From an uncultured virus (IMG/VR IMGVR_UViG_3300036945_000909) (Duplodnaviria > Heunggongvirae > Uroviricota > Caudoviricetes): 64,000 nucleotides of DNA. Position numbers and translations under genes: made by a program. The notes under the pieces were generated by a model, which was not told the DNA's origin, made no database searches, and worked only from the letters and a program-made list of their open reading frames with translations. Below, piece by piece: positions 17,217-27,582 of the stretch. Each line of letters begins with the position of its first letter. Within the stretch, counting starts at the first letter, position 1. The stretch lies in the IMG/VR virus record IMGVR_UViG_3300036945_000909, one strand, 5' to 3'.

Positions 17217-17426
17217 ATGGCAACATTAGAAACCCAATTTAAACAATACCAATATGATAATCCAACTTCTAAATTAAGTTTTGAGGAATGGAAAACATCG
17301 GTATTATCAGTTCAATCACAAAGTATTATTGAACAAATTATTGAATTAAAAAAACTTCCCACTACTCAAACTACTAAATTGTTGATACAAAAACTTCAAC
17401 AACAAATGGATGAGTCATATGAATAA
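17217..17426 (+). CDS. Hypothetical protein
   Basis: Operon-packed ORF. Confidence 0.6.
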   Translation: MATLETQFKQYQYDNPTSKLSFEEWKTSVLSVQSQSIIEQIIELKKLPTTQTTKLLIQKLQQQMDESYE

Positions 17427-17428
17427 CA

Positions 17429-17689
17429 ATGAGTCAGATAATTAACATACTTGAAGGTTGGGGTAATGTAGTTAGAAATCACTTCGATATGCTCGATAGT
17501 GATACTAAATCTATATCTACCTCTCGTTTAGTGCATTGTGATAATTGTGATTTAAGAACTTCAAATTCATGTGATACTGATAAATACGGATATCATGTTA
17601 AAACTGGTAAACGAACTTATGGGTGTGGGTGTAATATTGCAGCTAAAACTTTATCCAGAAATTCTGAATGTCCATTAGGTAAATGGTAA
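17429..17689 (+). CDS. Small Cys-rich metal-binding protein (DUF6171-like)
   Basis: R..HC..C, GCGC....K and ECPLGKW motifs. Confidence 0.65.
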   Translation: MSQIINILEGWGNVVRNHFDMLDSDTKSISTSRLVHCDNCDLRTSNSCDTDKYGYHVKTGKRTYGCGCNIAAKTLSRNSECPLGKW

Positions 17690-17705
17690 TTACCTACATA
17701 ATAAA

Positions 17706-17975
17706 ATGAAACTAATCAAAAACCAAAAAACGATTGAATTATTAGAAGGTGTTGGTGTGGTAATGCGAATTATAGCATTTGGAACACTTTCCATTATGGG
17801 TAAAGATACTCCCTTTCTTTGGATGTGGATATGGAATACCATCGATGCAGTTATATTAACTTATGCTGCATGGGAACGTGATAATAAATCGTATATTCTT
17901 TTAAACTTCTTTTGGTTAATAGTGGGAGTTGTTGGTATTTACACCTCAATATATGGAAATGGTATTTCTCACTAA
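17706..17975 (+). CDS. Small three-TM membrane protein
   Basis: Hydrophobic segments and an LN.FW motif. Confidence 0.7.
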   Translation: MKLIKNQKTIELLEGVGVVMRIIAFGTLSIMGKDTPFLWMWIWNTIDAVILTYAAWERDNKSYILLNFFWLIVGVVGIYTSIYGNGISH

Positions 17976-17996
17976 TCTTGCCCGCTTAAAATTAAT

Positions 17997-18245
17997 ATGA
18001 AAGGTAGTGTAATTAACATCGATAAACAACAAATTGAGTTAATCAATTTAATAGATGAGTGGTTGAGAGATGAGATGGTGGAAACAACTACTACCAAAGC
18101 ACAATTAAATGTAATTTATAATGCTAGAGAATTTCTAACAAAGATTTTAGAAAAAGGATGGTATAGGGAAGGTGGTGATGATCAATTACTACTTATTGAA
18201 TTAAGAAGTGAATGGATTAGAAATGGTGGTAAGTGGAGAAGCTAA
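17997..18245 (+). CDS. Hypothetical protein
   Basis: ORF. Confidence 0.6.
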   Translation: MKGSVINIDKQQIELINLIDEWLRDEMVETTTTKAQLNVIYNAREFLTKILEKGWYREGGDDQLLLIELRSEWIRNGGKWRS

Positions 18246-18342
18246 TTAGCTTATCAGTTAAAGGTTATTAAGTTTTCTTTTTACTTTTCCCCCCTCCCCC
18301 ATATATAGCTTATATAACTATAGCGATTTAAAAAAAATAAAA

Positions 18343-20172
18343 ATGGACGATATTTCAAAAGTAGAAAAACGTGTTCTTCAACAAATAGAAAGTAATGTTC
18401 CGTTGGTTGATGTGAAAATTGATTTAAGTAATTATCTGAAACACGCTTTTGTCAATGACCATATTGATAAATCTAAACAAGAAATAACTCACACTTTTCA
18501 ATATGAAACATTGGGAGAACAAGATTGTTTATTAATGCAAACTCCTAATATCAATGAATCTGGATATTATGCTGGTATCGTTGCGTTAAAATCCTACATA
18601 GATAAATTTCATTCAGATTTAAATGTTGCAATTATAGACCCCGTAATTGATTATTTCTATCTATACCCTCCTAATAAAGAATCCGAATTTTTTAATATGT
18701 TCAATACCTATGCAATGCAAGGTCAATATGAACGTTTATATGGATTCAAAGAAATGACTGATATAATTGAAGGATTTGTTTTCAAATATATCGAAAAAAC
18801 TAATCCAGCATTCGTTGGGTTGAGTATTATTGATGGTAATATAGATGCATCAATTGCAATTGCAAGAAGAGTTAAAGAACAATATCCACATATTAAAATT
18901 TTATTTGGTGGTAATGGTATTGAGATTTTAGACATTGGTGTTCTACCCAATCCATCATACACAACTGAAAAATATGATTTCATTGATATTTTTGTAAGGG
19001 GCGATGGTGAAATTACTTTTGTAGAAATATTAAAATCAGATATGTCTGAAGAATCCCTAAAAACTATAAATGGAATTATTTGGAGAAATTCGGAAGGTAA
19101 ACTAGTTCATAATCTTACTCGTGAAAATGTTGATATGGATATTTTACCATTTCCAGATTATGCTTCATTGGAGGAAAATTATTATTACAAATCTACCTAC
19201 CAATACAATGTTCCACTTGTTATGAGTAGAGGATGTCCTTACAGATGCACATTTTGTTCAGTGCCTGAATTTATTCCAGTCTTCCGCTATCGTAAATTAG
19301 AATCGGTAATTGAAGAAATGGAACATTGGATTAACAAAGGACGTTATCATTTCTTTTGTCACGATTCAATTATCAATGGTGATCCAAGATGGTTGAAAAA
19401 ATTCTGCGAAGCAGTTATTGAAAAAGATTGGTATGCAAAATATGGTGTATCGTTTGGTGGTAATATGCGATTACAAACTCCAATGCGTGATTTAGAAACA
19501 ATGCGATTATATCGTAAAGCAGGATTGTTGAAAATGATTACTGGGTTTGAATCTGCATCTGAGCCGGTTTTAAAGCATATGAAAAAATATCCTAATATGG
19601 ATGGGGTTAGAGAAATTTTTGAAAATGTTCGAATTATCAATAGTGAAAATGAACCCCCAATGATGTTTGCAATGCAACTTATTATTGGATACTTAAACGA
19701 AACTGAAGAAGATTTTCAAAAAACAATTGATTTTGTGAAAGAGTATAAAGATTGTATGTCTGAAATCTTAACTTGTTCTGGGTTTCTTATCCACGAAACT
19801 TTACGAAAGAAATGGGTAGAAGATGGTAATTTTTTACAATACCATAATACCGTTAATTTTAATACTAACTACAATACTGCAGAAGAACGTTTGGATAGAC
19901 TCAATAGAATCGATGAAGTATTTAAAGAAATCGGAATACCACATTCAGTATATAACAGAGGTTTATACTATGATTTAAAAGATAAAACTGATACTGAAAT
20001 AGGTGATATTTACAATATTGATGATTGTAAAAATCCGAACAAACTACAAGAAATAAATTCTTATTATAAAAATACTGAAGAAGAAATAATTGTGGAAATT
20101 CAATCAGAAATAATTGAAGAGCAAATTGAAATATCAATTGAAGAACCTCCTAAAATTACTAAACTAATTTAA
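18343..20172 (+). CDS. Cobalamin-binding radical SAM enzyme
   Basis: B12-binding-type domain (ILFGG, VRGDGE), LPFPDY, SRGCPYRCTFC, GFESAS. Confidence 0.9.
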   Translation: MDDISKVEKRVLQQIESNVPLVDVKIDLSNYLKHAFVNDHIDKSKQEITHTFQYETLGEQDCLLMQTPNINESGYYAGIVALKSYIDKFHSDLNVAIIDPVIDYFYLYPPNKESEFFNMFNTYAMQGQYERLYGFKEMTDIIEGFVFKYIEKTNPAFVGLSIIDGNIDASIAIARRVKEQYPHIKILFGGNGIEILDIGVLPNPSYTTEKYDFIDIFVRGDGEITFVEILKSDMSEESLKTINGIIWRNSEGKLVHNLTRENVDMDILPFPDYASLEENYYYKSTYQYNVPLVMSRGCPYRCTFCSVPEFIPVFRYRKLESVIEEMEHWINKGRYHFFCHDSIINGDPRWLKKFCEAVIEKDWYAKYGVSFGGNMRLQTPMRDLETMRLYRKAGLLKMITGFESASEPVLKHMKKYPNMDGVREIFENVRIINSENEPPMMFAMQLIIGYLNETEEDFQKTIDFVKEYKDCMSEILTCSGFLIHETLRKKWVEDGNFLQYHNTVNFNTNYNTAEERLDRLNRIDEVFKEIGIPHSVYNRGLYYDLKDKTDTEIGDIYNIDDCKNPNKLQEINSYYKNTEEEIIVEIQSEIIEEQIEISIEEPPKITKLI

Positions 20173-20175
20173 AGT

Positions 20176-20208
20176 ATAACCCATTGAAGTTCAATGGGTT
20201 TATTTTTT
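20176..20208 (+). terminator. Intrinsic terminator (repeat family)
   Basis: AACCCATTGAA/TTCAATGGGTT hairpin followed by a T tract. Confidence 0.78.
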
Positions 20209-20298
20209 ATTAAAAATAATTGAAAAAACATTTGGAAAATTGGAAAAAAGGTTGTATATTAGCTAAGTAATAAGAGATAAACATTAAAACTTAAACAT

Positions 20299-20589
20299 AT
20301 GAAAACTCAATTTGAAATCTGGTTAGAAAAGGTTAATAGTGAATTTGAAGGTGTGGTATATAGTTGGTCACCTTTAACTGCTAAGAAAGGTTCTAAGTTT
20401 ATAAAAATACAAAACGGAAGTATGGTTTGGGGATTCGTTTCAATGTATGATGGCGAGTTTCAAGGATTCCCTGTTAAGAAAGGAGATTTAATGAAACCAG
20501 CAAGTTGGAGAGCCCCAGCCAAACATAGTAGAGGAAATATATTCGATGGAACTGCTCGTTATAAATGGACAGGACCAGAATACTTATAA
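20299..20589 (+). CDS. Conserved small phage protein
   Basis: GDLMKPASWRAPAKHSRGNIF motif, widespread in T4-like phages. Confidence 0.75.
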   Translation: MKTQFEIWLEKVNSEFEGVVYSWSPLTAKKGSKFIKIQNGSMVWGFVSMYDGEFQGFPVKKGDLMKPASWRAPAKHSRGNIFDGTARYKWTGPEYL

Positions 20590-20732
20590 AATTAAATTAT
20601 GGAAACATTAGCAATAATAGTAGGATTGTTATGTGTGGTATTTATATACCTCTCATTTAAACATGTTCAGATACATGAAAAAAAAGATATTAAAGTTTTT
20701 AAAAAAATGACAAAAACTAAAAAACCAAAAAA

Positions 20733-20993
20733 ATGATTGTAAAGGATTTTAGAAAATGGATTAATTCATTACCAGTTGAATTCGATGAGTATGAATTAAC
20801 TCATAGAGAATATTATGATGTAGATGGTGAAAATCTCTTTGCAAATGAAGTTCCGTTAGTATCAGTTCATATTGATGATTCTGAAAACAAAGCTTGTTTA
20901 ATGCACGAACAATCATATTTAGTATTTAAAGGTGATGAATCTATAACTAAATTAAAAGTTCCAAGTAAAAAAGTAGAGATAGATGGATTATGA
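20733..20993 (+). CDS. Hypothetical protein
   Basis: Operon-packed ORF. Confidence 0.6.
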   Translation: MIVKDFRKWINSLPVEFDEYELTHREYYDVDGENLFANEVPLVSVHIDDSENKACLMHEQSYLVFKGDESITKLKVPSKKVEIDGL

Positions 20994-21216
20994 TGATCCA
21001 TATGAATTAGAGGCTGATTTATATTATAAAAATTCCAAAGCTCCATTTGAAATAATGGTAGATACGTTTCATGGAATTTATAATAGAAATTGGAAACTAT
21101 ATTTACAATCAATCGAATGGGATAGTGAGTGGTTAAGACATGATACTATGTCTGAAATGATTGAACGATTTGAGAGAAAACAAAAAGAATTGCACCCTTT
21201 TAAACAATTTATATGA
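20983..21216 (+). CDS. Hypothetical protein
   Basis: Overlap-coupled ORF. Confidence 0.6.
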   Translation: MDYDDPYELEADLYYKNSKAPFEIMVDTFHGIYNRNWKLYLQSIEWDSEWLRHDTMSEMIERFERKQKELHPFKQFI

Positions 21217-21458
21217 TGTATGATTTTGAATATGAAAATATAATTCAGCATTGGGCTGATAAATTAGATATGGAAGTTGATGAAGTTCAACGTGCAATTT
21301 TAATTGAATCCTATAAAGTAATAACGGAACAATTTGGAGTAACCACTATGAGTTTCGATGAATTAATTCAGAATACTCTTTTGGATTTAAAGTGGGAAGC
21401 TAAATATCCCGGTCTAAATCTACACGAAAGAGTAACTGCTTATTATAACTTAAATTAA
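21213..21458 (+). CDS. Hypothetical protein
   Basis: Overlap-coupled ORF. Confidence 0.6.
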   Translation: MMYDFEYENIIQHWADKLDMEVDEVQRAILIESYKVITEQFGVTTMSFDELIQNTLLDLKWEAKYPGLNLHERVTAYYNLN

Positions 21459-21799
21459 TGAATAACCTAATAACAGGTATCCTCTATGGAATAGTGGGAC
21501 AAATAATAACTTTTTTACAATTACAAGGAAATGTAAAATATGGCTGGTATGATAAATACCCAATCATAATTTTACTTAGTTCAATTCCATCCACTTGGTT
21601 TTATGTTAAATCCGTAGATAATTTTGTTCAGGCATTTGATGGTCAGATTTGGCCATCGAGAATGATTGGGTTTGGTATTGGTATTATTATATTCGTAACA
21701 TTGAGTATGATTTTATTTAAAGAACCAATCACCATTAAAACCTTAATTTGTTTAATCCTTGCAGTTGCTATTCTTTGTATTCAAATTTTTTGGAAATAA
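21458..21799 (+). CDS. Four-TM DMT/SMR-like membrane protein
   Basis: Four hydrophobic helices; LFKEPIT.K motif. Confidence 0.65.
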   Translation: MNNLITGILYGIVGQIITFLQLQGNVKYGWYDKYPIIILLSSIPSTWFYVKSVDNFVQAFDGQIWPSRMIGFGIGIIIFVTLSMILFKEPITIKTLICLILAVAILCIQIFWK

Positions 21800-21860
21800 A
21801 TTTGGATATGTAAAATATTATTCGTATATTTGTAATATAAACATTAAACCATAAACGAAT

Positions 21861-22043
21861 ATGACTTGGAAATATAGAGAAATGGGTTCTCGTGATAAAA
21901 AAACTGGTAAGTTAAAATATTACGATGTGACCATTACGGATTGGAAAATTACCAATTGCACATGTGAGGCTAGAAGTTTTCGTAGATTCTCTCCTTGCAA
22001 ACATATGGTTTCAATAAATAAAAAATTAGGACATACTTTATAA
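21861..22043 (+). CDS. SWIM-type zinc-finger protein
   Basis: CTC..R.F....CKH motif. Confidence 0.7.
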   Translation: MTWKYREMGSRDKKTGKLKYYDVTITDWKITNCTCEARSFRRFSPCKHMVSINKKLGHTL

Positions 22044-22046
22044 AAA

Positions 22047-22616
22047 ATGGCAAATCACATGACAACGTATGTTAAGGTTGATAATCTTAACGAAGAATCT
22101 TTTGATAAATTAATTCAATTGATATACCCATCAAAAGGACAATACAATATCCAATCGGTTGAAATCGTAAATCGTTTATTTGAAACAGATTATTCGGTAG
22201 AAGAAAAAAGATTTCCCGATAATGGTTGGATGTTAGATAATATTGGTGCTAAGTGGATTGAGATTGAGTGTGATGATACACCCGAATTCGACACCACATA
22301 TTCATTCAGAGTAACATCGGCATGGCACGTACCTGAAGAATATTTACTAACTCTAACACAAACACTGGTCGATATAAAATCAGATGTTGTATTATATGGA
22401 ACTTATGAAGATGAATCATATGATCCAATTGGAGCATTTGTGTATGCAGATGATTATGATGATGCTGAAGATTTGGATATAGAAATTGATTTTGACCAAA
22501 TATGGGAAGATGCTGATTATCGAATTTCAATCTTTGATGAACTCCATTTATTAAAGGAAAATCTATATGATTCTTACTTAGAATATATTGCAGATAAATT
22601 AAATGACGAAAAATAA
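22047..22616 (+). CDS. Acidic DUF1281/YubB-like protein
   Basis: MANH, W..NIGAKW and TSAW..P motifs. Confidence 0.55.
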   Translation: MANHMTTYVKVDNLNEESFDKLIQLIYPSKGQYNIQSVEIVNRLFETDYSVEEKRFPDNGWMLDNIGAKWIEIECDDTPEFDTTYSFRVTSAWHVPEEYLLTLTQTLVDIKSDVVLYGTYEDESYDPIGAFVYADDYDDAEDLDIEIDFDQIWEDADYRISIFDELHLLKENLYDSYLEYIADKLNDEK

Positions 22617-22627
22617 AATATAAAAAT

Positions 22628-22825
22628 ATGAAACAAGAAATGTTTAATTGGTTGGTTGGTGTTGGATTGTTTGCAGGAATTGCAACAATCATTTATATAA
22701 TTGGTGCACAAATCAATCCATATGCACATTTTAGTTGGTTAGAAAGTTGGGGTTTGGTTATGTTAGCAATCACCCTAAAATCAGGATTAGATACTTATAA
22801 CGAATCAAATGAAGATGATGAATAA
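22628..22825 (+). CDS. Small membrane protein
   Basis: Two TM segments. Confidence 0.6.
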   Translation: MKQEMFNWLVGVGLFAGIATIIYIIGAQINPYAHFSWLESWGLVMLAITLKSGLDTYNESNEDDE

Positions 22826-23031
22826 TGAGATACCCGTTTAATAGAAGACCTCTTAGAGAAATCAATGGTAGTTTATATGAGGTTATTGCAGATTACCCAA
22901 TTGATAGAGTTTCAAACGTAACTCAAATCAAAGAATGGTTGAATTGTGATACTGCGTTCAAAGTTGGACATGAAGGAATTTATATGTTTTGCGTAAAGAT
23001 TGAAGAGGCACAAATAATAGAAGAAGAATGA
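22825..23031 (+). CDS. Hypothetical protein
   Basis: Overlap-coupled ORF. Confidence 0.6.
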   Translation: MRYPFNRRPLREINGSLYEVIADYPIDRVSNVTQIKEWLNCDTAFKVGHEGIYMFCVKIEEAQIIEEE

Positions 23032-23483
23032 ATTGGATAGAATACTTTAGAAATCTTGCAAATAATGTTAAATTAAAATCAAAAGATTCAAAAACACAGA
23101 TCGGTGCAATTATAGTTGGAAATGATAATGAAATTGTTTCTACTGGTTACAATTCATTTCCAAGAGGAATCGATGATACAAATGAATTAAGACAAGAAAG
23201 ACCAGAAAAGTATTTTTGGTTTGAACATGCAGAACGTAATGCTATTTATAATGCAGCACGAATTGGAGTTTCTACCAAAGGAACTACTATGTATTTAAGT
23301 CATTGGTTTCCATGTGCAGATTGTGCAAGAGGAATTATTAATGCAGGTATAACTACTATTTATTGTGATAAGATTGATATGGAAGATAAATCTACATCTT
23401 ATTTAGAATCGTTCAAAAGAAGTAAAGAAATGTTATTAGAAGCAGATGTTAAAATTTGTTTTTATGATGATATAAAAAATTAA
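23028..23483 (+). CDS. dCMP deaminase
   Basis: TGYN, HAERNAI and PCADC motifs. Confidence 0.92.
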   Translation: MNWIEYFRNLANNVKLKSKDSKTQIGAIIVGNDNEIVSTGYNSFPRGIDDTNELRQERPEKYFWFEHAERNAIYNAARIGVSTKGTTMYLSHWFPCADCARGIINAGITTIYCDKIDMEDKSTSYLESFKRSKEMLLEADVKICFYDDIKN

Positions 23484-23696
23484 AATATGGTATTTTCATT
23501 ACAAGAGTATATTGAAATCGAACTGATACTAACTGAAGCAAATGCAGTAGGATTAAAAGGTGAGGTTGAAGAGTATGCTAAAAAATTCTTAGAAGAGGGA
23601 TATGACCCAATCGAAGCATACCAACTTGCCTACAATGAGTGGGTTAAATAAATATAATTGTGGATTCCAAAATCCACTTTTTTTATATTTATAGGT

Positions 23697-24959
23697 ATGG
23701 AATATAAGTCATTAGATAGAATAACAAATCGATATCCGGCAGATGAGTTGGGTATGAAAAAATCTGCATTGACTGAAAAAACTCAAACCTCACTTAGATT
23801 GTTGGGTAAGTATTCTGAAAACTTTGCAGATTATCCAATTACCGATTATACAAATATTACTCCAGTCATAGGAACTTCGTTTGAATTTGTATTAGAATTA
23901 AACCCCGGCCGTTATTATACATCACAACCATTTTATGATACGTTAAAAACTGCATACGAAGAGAATAATCCTTTCTTCAATATGAAGACAGTTCCATTGG
24001 TTAAATTGGATTATAATTTCTTACAGAATTATAAAAATAAAAATAAATTCAAAATCACCGAAGCATATTGTGAAGTTGAAGTGTTGGCATCAATTGATAC
24101 TGAAGAAAGAATATGTAAACATATTGATTGGTTAGTATCCAAAGATGCAAATGATATTGAATTAAGACCCGTTTCTGATTTAGGTAGATGGAGAATCTTT
24201 CACAATCCAAACGGAGATTATGCATTGGGTGCTAAGGATGAATATGATGCAATGACTAATGGTAATCCAGATCCAGAAGGGTATGGGGCAAACATTACAT
24301 TAGAACAATATGATTTAACTTTACCAAAAGAGGTAGTGGTTAGTATAAATCAACCATCTCAAACTCAATTAAACCCGGTAGAAGAATTAGTTCGTATAAT
24401 GGCAAATATACCAACACCTCCCGGTCATACCTTATACAAACCATTTGGTGGAACATTAGGATTGGTATTAGGTGGTATTGCAGGAGTTGCATTATCAGTA
24501 TTGACAGGTGGTATTGCAGCATTAGGAGTTGGTGCGTTATTGACAGGTGGTGCGATTGCAGGAGCAGCAGTTGCGGGTTCATATATCGGAAAAACATTAG
24601 GAGATGTTTTAGGTAAAAATTATACGGCAGATGGAAAATATTGGTCAATAATTATACAAAGAGAAAACGATAGGTCACTAGGTGAAAGTATAAATAAGGT
24701 ATTTAATAGAGAAAAGAATTCAGATGAAGCTGAATGGAAGGAATTAATGATTGCAACTGGTAAACAAATGAAATGTGTATATACAGCTTCAGATGTTAAT
24801 CAAGCACTTAAAATACTTCTTTCAATGGCAGTAGGTGAAGGTGATTCAAACGGAACTGTCCGAAAATCAGATTATGGTTACGCAGTTAATGTAGGGAATG
24901 GAACTCGTTGGTTTAGAACTAACGCAGTAGACAAATTTAATATTAAAATAACTTATTAA
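23697..24959 (+). CDS. Hypothetical (probably late/virion) protein with a Gly-zipper hydrophobic segment
   Basis: ATATTTATA at 23685 directly before the ATG; ~45-aa GxxxG-rich stretch. Confidence 0.7.
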   Translation: MEYKSLDRITNRYPADELGMKKSALTEKTQTSLRLLGKYSENFADYPITDYTNITPVIGTSFEFVLELNPGRYYTSQPFYDTLKTAYEENNPFFNMKTVPLVKLDYNFLQNYKNKNKFKITEAYCEVEVLASIDTEERICKHIDWLVSKDANDIELRPVSDLGRWRIFHNPNGDYALGAKDEYDAMTNGNPDPEGYGANITLEQYDLTLPKEVVVSINQPSQTQLNPVEELVRIMANIPTPPGHTLYKPFGGTLGLVLGGIAGVALSVLTGGIAALGVGALLTGGAIAGAAVAGSYIGKTLGDVLGKNYTADGKYWSIIIQRENDRSLGESINKVFNREKNSDEAEWKELMIATGKQMKCVYTASDVNQALKILLSMAVGEGDSNGTVRKSDYGYAVNVGNGTRWFRTNAVDKFNIKITY

Positions 24960-24977
24960 TCAAATTAGGAGAATACT

Positions 24978-25337
24978 ATGAGAGCTAGAACATTTACAAC
25001 CGTTGGTTGGGAAAAATATCTAAATCCAATCGACAATCCTTTTGTTCAAAAATTTTTAGATAAAAATGGAAATGAGGTATTTGACCAAATTGCGTTAAAC
25101 ATAAACACCGCAATCCTTCAGAAAAAAGAATCAATAGCATTTGTAGTTCATACCAATGCATCTTCGATAGTTGTAATCGAACGAAAAGATTATGAAGTTG
25201 TGTTAAATCATTGTTTAGATTGGTTTATTAAAAAAGAAAATTATGAATTCTGTGCTAGAATTGATGAATTCAAACAAAATTTAGCAAAATCAAAAGAACC
25301 TGTTAGTAGATTTAAGAGTAAAAAAACTTTAATTTAA
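24978..25337 (+). CDS. Hypothetical protein with UVR-like C-terminal helix
   Basis: ENYEFCARI motif; ends KKTLI. Confidence 0.65.
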   Translation: MRARTFTTVGWEKYLNPIDNPFVQKFLDKNGNEVFDQIALNINTAILQKKESIAFVVHTNASSIVVIERKDYEVVLNHCLDWFIKKENYEFCARIDEFKQNLAKSKEPVSRFKSKKTLI

Positions 25338-25391
25338 TATGTATGGTTAGAAGGGGTATTCCTTTTAAATAATTTTATACAAATTTAGTTT

Positions 25392-26117
25392 ATGGCAGAT
25401 AACCAATCAGCAAAGCACAAAGAGATTACTCAACAAATTAAGGATGAGAAAACTCAAAGACCTAAGGCTCCAATTAAATTTCAAATACAATTAAATGAAG
25501 AGCAGAAATTAGCAAAAGAAAAGATTTTAAATAACGCCATAACCATCCTAAGTGGTAAAGCTGGAAGTGGTAAAACACTTTTAGCATGTCAGGTAGCATT
25601 AGATATGTTATTTAAAAAAACTGTCAATAAAATAATTATCACCCGTCCAACGGTTAGTAAAGAAGAAATTGGATTTTTACCTGGTGATTTAAGAGAAAAG
25701 ATGGAGCCGTGGATGCAACCGGTATATTCAAATTTCTACCAATTATATAATAAAGAAAAAATAGATAAGATTCTGGAAAGTGGACAAGTTGAAATTGTTC
25801 CTCTTGCATTTATGAGAGGTAGAACTTTCTTAGATTCATTCATTATCGTAGATGAGGCACAGAACTGCACTAATGACCAAATGGAAATGATTACATCTCG
25901 TTTAGGTTTGAGAAGTAAGATGGTAGTATGTGGTGATTCACAACAAGTGGATTTGAAATATAAAGGAGATAGTGGATTTAAATTTCTAGTAACTGCTGCA
26001 AAGAAGATTAAGGATATGGATTCACAGACTCTTTTAATGAATCACAGACACCCAGTGGTAGATGCACTTTTAGATGCATATTTAGAATATAACGAAACCA
26101 CCAATGCAAAAAAATAA
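25392..26117 (+). CDS. phoH: PhoH-family ATPase
   Basis: GKAGSGKT, GFLPG, FMRGRTF, DEAQN and GDSQQVD motifs. Confidence 0.95.
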   Translation: MADNQSAKHKEITQQIKDEKTQRPKAPIKFQIQLNEEQKLAKEKILNNAITILSGKAGSGKTLLACQVALDMLFKKTVNKIIITRPTVSKEEIGFLPGDLREKMEPWMQPVYSNFYQLYNKEKIDKILESGQVEIVPLAFMRGRTFLDSFIIVDEAQNCTNDQMEMITSRLGLRSKMVVCGDSQQVDLKYKGDSGFKFLVTAAKKIKDMDSQTLLMNHRHPVVDALLDAYLEYNETTNAKK

Positions 26118-27246
26118 TATACAATTCTGGTATCACCCTATAATGGGTGGTACGGGATTGCAATCATTATTAGAATCACTTTATCCAAATTCATTTAAGT
26201 TATATACCGATGATTCTGATATAGATTCATCAATTCAAAATATAATTACATTTTTTTGGGAAACTCATTCTGCTATTAATTTAGAAACAAAAACCAATAA
26301 ATCCGAATTCTTTGAGTTGGTTTCTAAATTAAATAATAAAGGATTTTATTTTTTAGCAGATTATACAACCGAAGCAAATAATAATGTTGATTTAGATAGA
26401 GTTGAGTTTTTATCTAAATTAATAGATTGTGGTGTTGGATTGACTAGAAACTTTGCACTTACTACAAATGATTCAACTCATTTAAATCTAGTACAACATC
26501 AATATGGAATTCACGCCATAAACAAAATTCATTTCCCACATTTTTTAATTAGCACTCCATTGGAAATGGGTAAGTATATTACCGATGTATCCGATAGAGA
26601 AACAATTAAACCAACCAAAGATTTTCTTTGTTTGAATCGAAGAATGCAATCTCATAAATTCAATATGGTTAAACATATTTGGGAAAATGATGAGTTGGAA
26701 AATACACATTTAAGTTGGGTTTGTAATAAAATGGATATTGAATCGATTAAAGATGAACCAATAATTTCAGCATTAGGAATCGATTTAAATAATTTTCAAT
26801 CAATACAATTGGAAGGTGATATAATGTATGGTAGTGAATTAGATACTGCTGATGAATATCTTTACACTATAAATCCAGAATGGTATTATAAAAGTAAAGT
26901 AAATATAATAATCGAAACTAACGCATATAATTCACCAACTCATGTAACCGAAAAGACATTAAAATCTATATTTTTAGAAACTCCATTTGTAATATTTGGA
27001 ACGAATTCACATTTAGATGTATTACAGAAATATGGATTTGTAGTATTTGATGAATTGACAAAATATCAACCATCCAATGAAAAATCAGTATTGGATTCTG
27101 CTAGAGAACTTGCAAAAATATATGATTATGATTCCATTCGTAATATATGTAGATTTAATCGAAACGTATTATTGGATACTGATAATCAACGGAGGATATT
27201 AGAAACTTATTTCATATCATCTATAAAAACTTTAAATAATACATAA
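26104..27246 (+). CDS. Uncharacterised glycosyltransferase-like phage protein
   Basis: FLCLNRR, NIIIET, VTEKTLK, PFVIFG and L.KYGF motifs. Confidence 0.6.
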   Translation: MQKNNIQFWYHPIMGGTGLQSLLESLYPNSFKLYTDDSDIDSSIQNIITFFWETHSAINLETKTNKSEFFELVSKLNNKGFYFLADYTTEANNNVDLDRVEFLSKLIDCGVGLTRNFALTTNDSTHLNLVQHQYGIHAINKIHFPHFLISTPLEMGKYITDVSDRETIKPTKDFLCLNRRMQSHKFNMVKHIWENDELENTHLSWVCNKMDIESIKDEPIISALGIDLNNFQSIQLEGDIMYGSELDTADEYLYTINPEWYYKSKVNIIIETNAYNSPTHVTEKTLKSIFLETPFVIFGTNSHLDVLQKYGFVVFDELTKYQPSNEKSVLDSARELAKIYDYDSIRNICRFNRNVLLDTDNQRRILETYFISSIKTLNNT

Positions 27247-27275
27247 CTCATTGATTTCCAATGGGTTATTTTTTT
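27243..27275 (+). terminator. Intrinsic terminator (repeat family)
   Basis: ATAACTCATTG/CAATGGGTTAT hairpin followed by a T tract. Confidence 0.72.
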
Positions 27276-27582
27276 ATCAAAAATAATTGATAAAATATTT
27301 GGATATGTCAAAAAAATGTTGTAGATTAGCTTTATAACATTAAGAGATAAACATATGAAATCTAAAACTAAATTACCAAAGCACAGACAACTATTAATCG
27401 AATCAATGGAATTACTTTTTAGTGGTAATAAATCCAAATCTAAGAAAGTTTTGAAAAAAGCAGAATTGGAAATTGATAAATTTTATCAAAAATAATTGAT
27501 AAAATATTTGGAAATATCAAACTATTTTTGTATATTTACTAAGTAATAAGAGATAAACAATTAAACTTTAAAATATAAAATT

